This document shows, one piece after another, positions 39,595 to 48,126 of a stretch of DNA of 64,000 nt. Source of the stretch: Armatimonadota bacterium (GTDB lineage Bacteria; Armatimonadota; UBA10988); contig JACRKZ010000085.1 in the NCBI GenBank assembly GCA_016235455.1, forward strand, positions 11,286 through 75,285, read 5' to 3'. The first letter of the stretch is position 1; every line of letters starts with the position of its first letter. The notes under the pieces were generated by a model. The model worked only from the letters and a program-made list of their open reading frames with translations, was not told the DNA's origin and made no database searches. A program made the translations under genes and the position numbers.

Positions 39595-40080
39595 CTAACC
39601 GCCGGCCACATGACACGGTGCGATGACCTGGTCTGGCGCCACCACCACCACGGCGCGCCGCGCTGCCCATTCATCACCCGCGGCCAGCAGTCCGGCGTCG
39701 CCTACGATGCCCTGGGCCATGGGGAACAGCACCTGCTCCTCCTTGCCAAAGTGGCTCGGCGCCACCTGCGCGAGCGCATGGACCGCGGCGCGGGCCGCCT
39801 CCACGACGGTCGCGTCGGCCACCGTGGTCAGCGCGCCTTCCACCTGGTCATGCTCGTGGCGCATCACGTACAGCGGGCCCGGCCCGGTGCCCAGTACCGG
39901 CTCCAGCCGCGCAAACAGCAACTCATCCTCGAGACCGGCATGGCCCGCCAGCGCCGCGGCCAACACACCCACCGCCGCTTGCACCTGCCCCAGGTCATAC
40001 CCGTCCACCACGGCGTCCAGATGCGCCAACTGCGCATAGAACACCCCATGCTCACCACACAACGCCTCGGTCAGTCGCAT
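39595..40080 (-). CDS. Hemerythrin HHE domain protein
   Basis: GEH...H-x3-EDELLF...MRHEH...HFGKEEQVLFPMA; RBS aggag before ATG 40080. Confidence 0.88.
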   Translation of the reverse strand: MRLTEALCGEHGVFYAQLAHLDAVVDGYDLGQVQAAVGVLAAALAGHAGLEDELLFARLEPVLGTGPGPLYVMRHEHDQVEGALTTVADATVVEAARAAVHALAQVAPSHFGKEEQVLFPMAQGIVGDAGLLAAGDEWAARRAVVVVAPDQVIAPCHVAGG

Positions 40081-40102
40081 CGTCTCGGCTCCTACAAGCC
40101 TC

Positions 40103-40139
40103 AGTCTAGAACAGTCGAAGTGGATGTAAAGGTCCACTT
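40103..40139 (-). promoter_or_regulatory. sigma70 promoter (TTTACA-N16-TAGACT) overlapped by palindromic operator AAGTGGA-N8-TCCACTT
   Basis: 7-bp perfect IR 40118-40124/40133-40139 bracketing the -35; AT-rich in a GC-rich genome. Confidence 0.65.
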
Positions 40140-40230
40140 TTAGGGCCGGGCATCGTCGGCCGGCAGCCCGAGCTGGGAGCTACCACGAAAACGATGAATG
40201 TGGTACAAGGCAAGCGTCGTGGAGAATCGG

Positions 40231-41592
40231 ATGGCGCTACTACTGTCGCTCTTGCTGGCCGGTGGGCTGACCGCCGAGCCTTGGCCCGCGCCGCAGGCAC
40301 CGCTTGATGACTCGCGGTTTGGCGCGCGCATCCAGCGCACCATGCGACTGCTGGCGGAGAGCACGCCGGAGCACCGCCACACGGTGCGCATCCTGTTCTA
40401 CGGTCAGTCGATCACGGTGCAGCCGTGGGCTGGCGAGGTCACCCGATGGCTGCGCGCCACCTACCCCAACGCCGACCTGGTCATCGAGAATCGCGCCATC
40501 GGCGGGTTCGCCTCGCAGGTGCTGGTGAAGACCGCGGAGTGCGACCTGTACCCGTTTGACCCTGACCTGGTCATCTTCTACGTCTACGGCAGCCACATTG
40601 AGTACGAGAACATCATCCGGCGCATCCGGGAGCGCACCAGCGCCGAGATCCTGATGCAGACCGACCACTGCACCGCCGATGCCGACCTGACCGAGGAGGC
40701 AGATCGGGCCAAACTCAGCCCCAAGCAGTGGTCCGCCTGGATGAACCACGTGTTCCTGCCCGATACTGCTCGCAAGTACGGCGCGGAGCTGTGTGACCAG
40801 CGCGCCGAGTGGAAGCGCTACCTGACCGCCAACAAGCTGGCCGCCAAGGACCTGCTCGTGGACGGCGTGCACCTCAACGAGCAGGGCAACTACGTCATGG
40901 GCGAGCTGGTGAAGCAGCACCTGCGCTACCTGCCCACCGAGCCAGACACTGCCTGGCGAGACCTGGTGCGCGACTACCAGGTGGGCACCGACGTCCGCTG
41001 GCAGGATGGCCGGCTGCGGCTGGAGTTCGACGGCAACCGCGTGGACCTGCTGGCCCCGCCCGGTGGCGCCGCCGGCGGCGACCTGTCCTTCACCATCGAC
41101 GAGCAGAGGCCGGCGGCGGTCAAGGAGTTGTTCGCGTTCACGCGGCCCAGCGGCTACCCCGGTGTGGGCTGGCCGATGCTCATGCGTGTGCAGTGGAACC
41201 AGGTGCCCGTGGCCGAGACGTGGTCGGTCCGGCTGATCGACCCCAGCGACGACCTGAAGACCTTCCGCCTCGCGGTGACCGGCTCGGTGACGGGACCGGA
41301 TGGCGAGGGCAGCAGTGCCGAGCGATTCGTCAGTCGCTCGGGCCGGGTGATCATCGAGCCCGACGACTGGAGCCTGGCGCGCTCGCGCGAGTTCACCAAG
41401 AAGCCGCTCGGCGACACGCCAATCACCTGGCAGGTGGTGCCGCGGTTCGTCGCGACCTACCGCGCCGCGCCGTGTACGACGCTCTTCTCAGGCCTGGCCA
41501 ATGGCCACCACGTGCTGGAGTTGACGGCGACGGGCGCCGTGCCGGTGCTGGCGACCGTCCGCGTGTACCGGCCCCCGCTGGTCGCCGGCTAG
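40231..41592 (+). CDS. Secreted SGNH/GDSL hydrolase (putative carbohydrate esterase)
   Basis: Signal peptide; FYGQSIT (block I-like), NRAIGG, DGVHLN (D-x-x-H). Confidence 0.78.
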   Translation: MALLLSLLLAGGLTAEPWPAPQAPLDDSRFGARIQRTMRLLAESTPEHRHTVRILFYGQSITVQPWAGEVTRWLRATYPNADLVIENRAIGGFASQVLVKTAECDLYPFDPDLVIFYVYGSHIEYENIIRRIRERTSAEILMQTDHCTADADLTEEADRAKLSPKQWSAWMNHVFLPDTARKYGAELCDQRAEWKRYLTANKLAAKDLLVDGVHLNEQGNYVMGELVKQHLRYLPTEPDTAWRDLVRDYQVGTDVRWQDGRLRLEFDGNRVDLLAPPGGAAGGDLSFTIDEQRPAAVKELFAFTRPSGYPGVGWPMLMRVQWNQVPVAETWSVRLIDPSDDLKTFRLAVTGSVTGPDGEGSSAERFVSRSGRVIIEPDDWSLARSREFTKKPLGDTPITWQVVPRFVATYRAAPCTTLFSGLANGHHVLELTATGAVPVLATVRVYRPPLVAG

Positions 41593-41600
41593 ACGTGCAA

Positions 41601-41656
41601 GACGCCGATGGACGCGGAGCGGCTGGTTGACCAGTCCCGCCGCGTCCATCGGCGTC
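41601..41656. repeat. Long palindrome between convergent genes, diverged 'CAGAT' family member
   Basis: 17-bp perfect IR gacgccgatggacgcgg/ccgcgtccatcggcgtc; shares gatggacgc with the 30185 copy. Confidence 0.7.
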
Positions 41657-41684
41657 GTCTGCCAAGGTAGCCACAGGCTGCGGC

Positions 41685-42803
41685 TCAGGCGCCGCCGAAC
41701 ACCTCGAGGCACTCCTGCAGCTGCCGGCGGATCTCGATGTTCTGCGGGCAGTAGCCCTCGCACTCGCCGCACTCAACGCAGGCATCGGCCTTGGCGCCCT
41801 TGTGGTGCTGGCCGCCGATGCTGTTGTAGATGCCCTTGGCGTGGTCGGCCAGGCCGTACACCCGGTGCCAGTTCATGGCCTCGAAGATGCGCGGGATGTT
41901 GACATCGTTGGGGCAATGCGGCGTGCAGTAGTTGCAGCCGGTGCAGTACAGCTCGGCCAGGCGCTTGTTCTCGGCCATGGCATCGTTGACGCGCTGGGCC
42001 TCGTCGGCGGTGAGCGGGCCGGAGGTGGCGGCGGTCTGCGCGTTCTCGACCACGTGCGCCATCTCGCTCATGCCCGACAAGGCGATGTCGACGTTCGGGT
42101 TGGCCAGCACGAAGCGCAGGGCCAACTCGGCGCTGGACGCGACCTTGATGCCGAGCTTGTCGGCGATGTCGAGCGGCATGCCGGAGATGCGGCCGCCGCC
42201 CACGGGGCCCATGACCACGGTGCCGAGTCCATTGGCCTTGGCGTTGGCCAGCGCGTCCTCGTTGGCGCGGTCCAGCAGGTTGTACTGGCACAGCACCGAG
42301 GAGAAGACGCCCAGGTCGACGATCTTGGCCATCACTTCGGGCTTGTCGTGGAACGAGAAGGAGATGTTGCGGATGAGGCCCTCTTCCTTGGCCTGCAGCG
42401 CGTCCTTCAGGTACTGGTCGCGGTCCTCGCTGTCCACGAACCACTGGCCGATGCCGTGGAAGTGGTAGAAGTCGATGTGGTCGGTATCGAGCTTGGTGAG
42501 CTGCTTCTCCAGCGTCTCGCGATAGGGCCGCTCTTTGCCGCACGGATATTTGGTCGACAGCAGCACCTTGTCGCGCCAGCCCTTGAGCGCCTTGCCAACG
42601 GTGACTTCGCTCAGACCGTCGCAGTAGAACAGGGCAGTGTCGATGTACGTCACACCCAGCTCGAAGGCGCGGTGAATCATTGGGATGGCCAACTCGTCGT
42701 TGACCACGCGCTTGCCGTCCACTTCGTGCATGGGCAGCCGCATGGCGCCAAAGCCAAGGCGCGATACCTGCGCACCACACTTGCCGAATTCGCGGTATTG
42801 CAT
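41685..42803 (-). CDS. Aldo/keto reductase with C-terminal 4Fe-4S dicluster domain
   Basis: VSRLGFGAMRLP, YIDTA..Y, STK, FSFH, CTGCNYC-x3-CP, CVECGECEGYCPQ. Confidence 0.92.
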   Translation of the reverse strand: MQYREFGKCGAQVSRLGFGAMRLPMHEVDGKRVVNDELAIPMIHRAFELGVTYIDTALFYCDGLSEVTVGKALKGWRDKVLLSTKYPCGKERPYRETLEKQLTKLDTDHIDFYHFHGIGQWFVDSEDRDQYLKDALQAKEEGLIRNISFSFHDKPEVMAKIVDLGVFSSVLCQYNLLDRANEDALANAKANGLGTVVMGPVGGGRISGMPLDIADKLGIKVASSAELALRFVLANPNVDIALSGMSEMAHVVENAQTAATSGPLTADEAQRVNDAMAENKRLAELYCTGCNYCTPHCPNDVNIPRIFEAMNWHRVYGLADHAKGIYNSIGGQHHKGAKADACVECGECEGYCPQNIEIRRQLQECLEVFGGA

Positions 42804-42823
42804 CTGAGGAACTCTCCAGTTAA

Positions 42824-42852
42824 ACGATACACGGGCGCCGGCCGATTGGCAA
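42824..42852 (-). promoter_or_regulatory. sigma70 promoter TTGCCA-N17-TATCGT
   Basis: Minus strand, 17-nt spacer, 20 nt upstream of ATG 42803. Confidence 0.5.
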
Positions 42853-42939
42853 GGCGCTCACGTTGGTTGTTTCGTCCGCAGGCGTTCGCATGGGCTGGCT
42901 GGCGGACAACCCCCAAGAGCAGAACAACCGGCAAGCGTC

Positions 42940-45870
42940 CTACGGCACGAGGCTGATCTCGGCGATCTCGAAGCGCCAGGGCTGCCCTTGCGCCGTGGGG
43001 TTGAGCCACGAGCCGAAGGTCACGAACAGCCGCGCCAGCTGGTCGAGCGCCGGGCGATCGCCAGTCCCGCCGCGACCGGCCGGAACGGGCCAGCCGCGCC
43101 ATACACGCACACCGGACAGCGGAAGTTCAGTCGTCGTCCAGTCGGGCCCGAGCGGGATGTTGGCGCCCCAGGGCGTGCCGTCGGCCTCGCCAATGACCAG
43201 TTCGAACGCCGTGGCCGCCGGCGTGAGCGACCGGGCGCGGACGCGCAGCCGGGTGCAGCGGGTCAGCACATCGGCCGGCAGCCCGGCCACCTGCAGGTCC
43301 AGCGAGATGCCGCTGGAATCGGGCGGCGGGCCGAACCCGCGATGCGCCATCTCCACCGACTGCCCGCCGTCCTCGAGGTCGACAGCGAAGACGCGGCCGC
43401 CGCGCGACAGATCGTTGCGCCGCGCGGCCTCGACCGGCCGCAGCAGCGGAATGGCCGAGCGCGGCGACCAGACCGGCACGTCGAAGACGTTGGTCGGCCC
43501 GCGCAGCTCGGCCCAGGCCAGGTCGAAGCCGTGCGGCTGATTGGCGCGGTCGCCATACAGCCAGGCGCCGTAGACCAGCGAGACCTGCCGGATCTGTTCG
43601 GGCTTCCAGGGCGCGTCCTTGGTGCCCCACAGCGGCCGCAGCGTGGCCAGCGGCAGCTTGACCTCGCGCCAGGCCTGCGACAGCGCCACCTCGGCGCCGT
43701 AGGCACGGCCATCGTCGAGTACGAGTCCGATCTCGAAGGCCTCGGTGGCCGGCTGGCTGGCGCGCGCGCGCACCACGAGCACCGCGTCGGCCGGCATGGC
43801 CGCCGACGGCGCCCTGGCCGGCAGCCGCGCGCCGACCGCCTGATTACCCGCGAAGCCCTTGGCCCCGCACACCAACGCACCATCGCGCTGCACGCAGGTG
43901 GTGCCGTTCTCGGTCGTGCCGCCGAAGTTGGGCACCTCGGCCAGCGGCTGACCCAGATCGAGCAGGCGCTCGGGCGCGACCTTGGCCACCTCGTCCGGCG
44001 CCTTGACGCCGGGCACGGTGACCGTCCCGCCGGCGCCCTGCCAGACGAGCGCGTAGCGCGCATGGCCTTCCCGGAGCAGGTCGGCCGGCACCGTGGCGCG
44101 ACGGTTGTACGGCCCGTCTGCGGTCATCGGCAGGCGTCGCCAGGTGCCACCATCGGCCCACACCAGCGTCAGGCTCCCGGGCGCGCGGTCGTCGGCGCCG
44201 GTCGGTGGCACGACACTGCAGTTCACCGTGAACGGCTGCCCAGCGAGCAGTTCTGCCGGTGGCCGATGGTCCAACGACCACGGCCGGCCCTTGGCCTCGG
44301 GCGGCGCGAAGTAGGCAGGATCCACCGGCACGGCCTTGGCGCCGGCGCGGAGCAGGCGGTAGACCCCGGGTCGCACGGCAAACGCGCCCTGCTTGGCCGT
44401 CGGCCGATGCTGGTTGCCCACATCGACCGGCTCAACGGCGAAGCCGTCACCCAGGTCCGGCAGCGTCAGGGCCATCCGCCGCTCGGCCCACAGCAGCCGG
44501 GTCACCTCGCGGCTCAGCCGGTTGGCGCCATAGGGATCGCGTACGGGCACGGCGTCGGGGAAGACTTCCAGCCGCCAGCAACCAGGCGCCAGCCGGTCCA
44601 GGAACCACGCACCGGTGCCGTCGTAGCGCACCAACGGCGAGGCGCCACCAGCCAGATGCTCCAGCCTGGCCGGCGCCGGCGGCGTGGTCGCGGTCAGGCC
44701 GGTAGTGTAGAACTCGGTGTCGGTGACGAACTCGCTGCGCGCTTGCGCGTGACTGACCGTGGTGGCTCCGAAGTGGTCGGCATCACCCGTGGCCTGGCCG
44801 CGCGGCAGCGCATGGAAGGCCGCCGCGGCGATGCGGAAGCTGAGCGCCTTGGCCGGGGTGAACGGCAGCGACAGGTAGTGCGTCTGCCAGTTGACGTTGC
44901 TGTCGGCCAGCGGCCAGGCATCGTACTGGAACTGCGTGGCGAACTGCACGCCGGCCGCCCGGAACGACCGGGCCATGGCCGGGTACATCACCGGCCGGTT
45001 GACGTCGGCGCAGTCGAACTCGTAGATGCCCTTGGGCTTGTTCTGCACCGCCGGATCGGCGAACGCGTTGTAGGTGCGCACCAGGTGCAGCGTCGGCCCG
45101 GTGATCTCCGCGCCGGAGGCCAAGCCGGTAGGATACCAATTGTTGGTGACGCCGTCGATGCGGCTGGCGGCGCAGGCCTTGTCTCGGCCGCCCCAGGCGT
45201 TGTAGAACAGCAGTTTGCGGCAGCCGGCGCCACGGACCGCGTCGACCAGCGCGTTGATGTACTCAGTGACCTGCGCGTCGGTGGTGCCGTCGGCATAGAT
45301 CGGCTCATTGATCAACTCGAAGGCGATGATGGCCGGGTCCTCGCCGTACGTCAGGCCGGTCTCCGGGTTGCGGTGCTGGGCGAACTGCGCCAGATAGCGG
45401 CGCTGCGCCGCGCGCGGCGCGCCGGGATCGCCGGTCATCTGGGGCATGGTGTAGAGCGTGGAGAAGCCGGGCGAGTCATTGGGCGTGCCCCACCAGGCGA
45501 TGGGCGTGAGCACTGCATGGATGCCTTGCCGTCGGCACTCGGCCAGCAGGTGATCAAGCACGGCCAGATGGTCGTTGGCCAGCAGGTTGCCCTGATGGTC
45601 GCTCAGTTCTCGGTCAAAGACATGCACCCGTAGCAGGTCGATGCCCAGCCGTTTGAAGTGCAGCACGTCCTGGTTGGTGACGGCTTTGCGGTCCGCGCCG
45701 ACAACGCCCAGATTGAGGTAGTCATGCCAGTGTGCCGCATAGTAGTTGACGCCGAACAGCGCCACTTCGCTCTGGTCGTCGGTCCAGCGCAACACGCCCT
45801 GGGGGTCGAGCACGACAGCGCGGTCGGCCGGCGCGGCGAGCGCCAGCATCAGCGGCAGCAAGGCAAGCAT
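42940..45870 (-). CDS. Secreted GH5-like (cellulase family, clan GH-A) glycosidase with C-terminal CBM-like beta-sandwich repeats
   Basis: Signal peptide; LFGVNY, H-x-NPETGLTY-x-EDPAI-x-AFELINEP, IYEFD, FATQFQYD; two galactose-binding-like C-terminal units. Confidence 0.8.
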   Translation of the reverse strand: MLALLPLMLALAAPADRAVVLDPQGVLRWTDDQSEVALFGVNYYAAHWHDYLNLGVVGADRKAVTNQDVLHFKRLGIDLLRVHVFDRELSDHQGNLLANDHLAVLDHLLAECRRQGIHAVLTPIAWWGTPNDSPGFSTLYTMPQMTGDPGAPRAAQRRYLAQFAQHRNPETGLTYGEDPAIIAFELINEPIYADGTTDAQVTEYINALVDAVRGAGCRKLLFYNAWGGRDKACAASRIDGVTNNWYPTGLASGAEITGPTLHLVRTYNAFADPAVQNKPKGIYEFDCADVNRPVMYPAMARSFRAAGVQFATQFQYDAWPLADSNVNWQTHYLSLPFTPAKALSFRIAAAAFHALPRGQATGDADHFGATTVSHAQARSEFVTDTEFYTTGLTATTPPAPARLEHLAGGASPLVRYDGTGAWFLDRLAPGCWRLEVFPDAVPVRDPYGANRLSREVTRLLWAERRMALTLPDLGDGFAVEPVDVGNQHRPTAKQGAFAVRPGVYRLLRAGAKAVPVDPAYFAPPEAKGRPWSLDHRPPAELLAGQPFTVNCSVVPPTGADDRAPGSLTLVWADGGTWRRLPMTADGPYNRRATVPADLLREGHARYALVWQGAGGTVTVPGVKAPDEVAKVAPERLLDLGQPLAEVPNFGGTTENGTTCVQRDGALVCGAKGFAGNQAVGARLPARAPSAAMPADAVLVVRARASQPATEAFEIGLVLDDGRAYGAEVALSQAWREVKLPLATLRPLWGTKDAPWKPEQIRQVSLVYGAWLYGDRANQPHGFDLAWAELRGPTNVFDVPVWSPRSAIPLLRPVEAARRNDLSRGGRVFAVDLEDGGQSVEMAHRGFGPPPDSSGISLDLQVAGLPADVLTRCTRLRVRARSLTPAATAFELVIGEADGTPWGANIPLGPDWTTTELPLSGVRVWRGWPVPAGRGGTGDRPALDQLARLFVTFGSWLNPTAQGQPWRFEIAEISLVP

Positions 45871-45883
45871 GGGGATCTCCGGC

Positions 45884-47029
45884 TCACAGCGGCTGGTAGC
45901 GGCCCTCGTTCTGAATGACGCTCATCGCGGCGCGCAGGCCGGACAAGCGGCTGCCGGCGTTGATGGAACCGGCCGTGGCGATGACCAGGCCACCGTCGGC
46001 GCCCGCGGTCTGGATGTCGCGACGCACCTCGGCCGCGACCTCTTCGTCGGTGCCGCGGGCAAAGGTCCAGGGCGCGAGTTGGCCGTAGATGACCGTACGC
46101 GGCATCTTGGCGCGGATGTCGGCGGCCAGGACCGTGGGGCCGAAGTTGGCACCCTTGAGCCCGACCTCGTTCAGCAACGGCATGAGATGGCCCATGGCGC
46201 TGTCCGAATGCTGGTAGCGCCAGTCGTTCTCGCCCGGCGCGAACGTGCCGAACACGCGTCGCAGGATGGGCTGTGCCCAGAAGGCGTACATGTCGTAGTT
46301 GAGCAGGCAGCAGTCGTCGTCGGCGAAGCTGAAGCCGCGCCGGTCGGGCGTGCCGCTGAGCTCGTAGAAAAGCCGGGTCATGTTGATGATGGCATCGCAC
46401 AGCACCTGGCCAAAGCGCGCGGCCAGGTCGGGCTGGTCGACGATCAGGAAGATCAGGCTCTCCACGCCGTAGATGCTCATAGCCGCGGTGACCGGTCCAC
46501 GCACATGCCCGCCGAGCTGTGGCTTCCGGCCATACTGCTCGAACAGGCGCCGGCACTCGCTGTCCCAGTTGGCCGGCAGCAGTGCCTCGCGCAGGTCCTT
46601 GGCCTCGACGCGGTCCAGCAGCGCCTCGAGTTCGGCGGGCGTGTTGGCCGCGGGCATGACCCAGCCGGTGCCACCGACATTGCGTACGGGCGCCTCGAAC
46701 AGGTCGGTGATGCCGCGCACGCCGGGGAAGGCGCGGTCGGCCGGCGGCGGGTCGTCCTCGGGGAAGCAGGCCCGGCCGATCACCTCGCGTGCCTTCTCGT
46801 TGTAGCGTTGGCGCAATTCGCGGGGCACATCGTACGCGCCGATCTCGGTGGCGGCCGTGTCGGGATAGGGCAAGCCCAACTCGTCGTAGATGCACTGTGC
46901 GGGCAGGCCGATGCCTAACGGCACCTGCGGCTTGTCGGTGGAGAAGGGCTTGCCCTGCGATGCCTTGTCATCAACCCAGAAGCGCTCCAGGTCGCAGGGG
47001 AAGAGGTACGAGCTACGCGGGTCGGCCAT
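45884..47029 (-). CDS. Uroporphyrinogen decarboxylase / MtaA-CmuA fold family protein
   Basis: RGPVT, LI-x-DQP, FADDDC, YQHSDS, IYGQLAP, GGLVIATAGS; start 47029 or 47035. Confidence 0.75.
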   Translation of the reverse strand: MADPRSSYLFPCDLERFWVDDKASQGKPFSTDKPQVPLGIGLPAQCIYDELGLPYPDTAATEIGAYDVPRELRQRYNEKAREVIGRACFPEDDPPPADRAFPGVRGITDLFEAPVRNVGGTGWVMPAANTPAELEALLDRVEAKDLREALLPANWDSECRRLFEQYGRKPQLGGHVRGPVTAAMSIYGVESLIFLIVDQPDLAARFGQVLCDAIINMTRLFYELSGTPDRRGFSFADDDCCLLNYDMYAFWAQPILRRVFGTFAPGENDWRYQHSDSAMGHLMPLLNEVGLKGANFGPTVLAADIRAKMPRTVIYGQLAPWTFARGTDEEVAAEVRRDIQTAGADGGLVIATAGSINAGSRLSGLRAAMSVIQNEGRYQPL

Positions 47030-47051
47030 CGGCATACGCTCCAAGGGCCGC

Positions 47052-47076
47052 GTTCGCGACGCCTGTACGCAATCCT
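47052..47076 (-). promoter_or_regulatory. SigH-like promoter AGGA-N16-CGAAC
   Basis: Minus strand agga ttgcgtacaggcgtcg cgaac, 22 nt upstream of ATG 47029. Confidence 0.6.
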
Positions 47077-47089
47077 CCTTGGCCGGCCC

Positions 47090-47125
47090 AAAAGCACGAC
47101 GGGCCCGCCGCGGCAGGCCCGTCGT
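47090..47125 (-). terminator. Rho-independent terminator of the DUF1559 gene
   Basis: 10-bp stem acgacgggcc/ggcccgtcgt followed on the minus strand by gctttt. Confidence 0.7.
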
Positions 47126-47147
47126 CGATGGGTCCAGTGGCGCGGCA

Positions 47148-47939
47148 CTAGTCGGTGTCGCGGCAGGTCCACAGGTTGTTGGGTGAGATGGTCCGCATGA
47201 ACGGCACGAGCTTGGAGTGACCGTCAGCGAACACGCACATGGTCTGGCCCTCGGCCATGGCTTGCGCCTGCGAGGCGCCCTGCAGCCCGTTGTGCCGTCG
47301 GCAGTCGGCTTGGCCTTCCACCGAGGGCGGGTCATACGGGCCGTTGCCGCCAGCCAGGTCCCACGGCGAGGCGCCGCCCTGGTTGGCATCGGCCAGCGAG
47401 ATGACGTTGGCCGGCGACACGATGCTGGACAGGGATGTGGTCTCCGCCGAGAACGGCCCGCACGACATCGCCGGCTGGCCGGCTGGCGTGTCGAATGAGT
47501 TCGTGCCGTAGCTGGACTCCGTGTTGGCCGGCAAAGCGGCGCCCGAACAGGCATCGGTGGTGGCGCCGGCACCCACGCCGCCGCGGCGCCGCCAGAAGCG
47601 GCCGGTTGCGGCGTTATAGCGCATCTTGATGGCGGCCGACGGGCAGTCGAACGCCTGCGAACTCTTGATGTAGGGCTGCACCAGGTCCTGCCACCCGTAG
47701 GCCGTCGGCGTATCGACCACGCCAACAGCCGGCGGACACAACTGCTCGTCGTAGTCCTGCGCGTACTGCAGAATGGCGATGCCCAACTGCTTGCCGTTGC
47801 TGATACACGACGACTGGCGCGCCTTCTCCCTGGCCTTGGCGAAAACAGGGAATAGAATGGCCGCCAGAATGGCGATGATGGCGATGACCACCAAGAGTTC
47901 GATGAGCGTAAAACCTCTACGTCCGGTAGATCGCGGCAT
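47148..47939 (-). CDS. Prepilin-type N-terminal cleavage/methylation, DUF1559 (SBP_bac_10) protein
   Basis: RBS ggagg; [41 protein letters not shown]-x-QDYDE, QPYIKS...CPS, FADGH. Confidence 0.93.
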   Translation of the reverse strand: MPRSTGRRGFTLIELLVVIAIIAILAAILFPVFAKAREKARQSSCISNGKQLGIAILQYAQDYDEQLCPPAVGVVDTPTAYGWQDLVQPYIKSSQAFDCPSAAIKMRYNAATGRFWRRRGGVGAGATTDACSGAALPANTESSYGTNSFDTPAGQPAMSCGPFSAETTSLSSIVSPANVISLADANQGGASPWDLAGGNGPYDPPSVEGQADCRRHNGLQGASQAQAMAEGQTMCVFADGHSKLVPFMRTISPNNLWTCRDTD

Positions 47940-47961
47940 GGTTACCTCCGTGGCGTGAGTG

Positions 47962-48018
47962 CATCTGACCAGATGAGTATCACACCATGATTCTGGAGAC
48001 TCGCGCACCCGGTGTCAA
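47962..48018 (-). promoter_or_regulatory. sigma70 promoter TTGACA-N17-CAGAAT with downstream palindromic operator CATCTG-N2-CAGATG (GntR/FadR-like)
   Basis: -35 at 48013-48018, -10 at 47990-47995, palindrome at 47962-47975. Confidence 0.6.
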
Positions 48019-48126
48019 GGCGTATTCTGAGGTGAAGATGACCCCGGCAGCCCCTAAGCACACCGGTCGACGGCCGATAGAGCGAGTATGCCACGGCCGG
48101 CAGAGAGCGGCCGAAGGGGTCGGACG

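Noticed and set aside
42988-45633. 881-aa plus-strand ORF, and similar shadows at 33128-35461, 23212-25023, 53546-55384 and 18888-20492
   Set aside because: Each lies opposite a well-supported gene and has a motif-free, compositionally biased translation.
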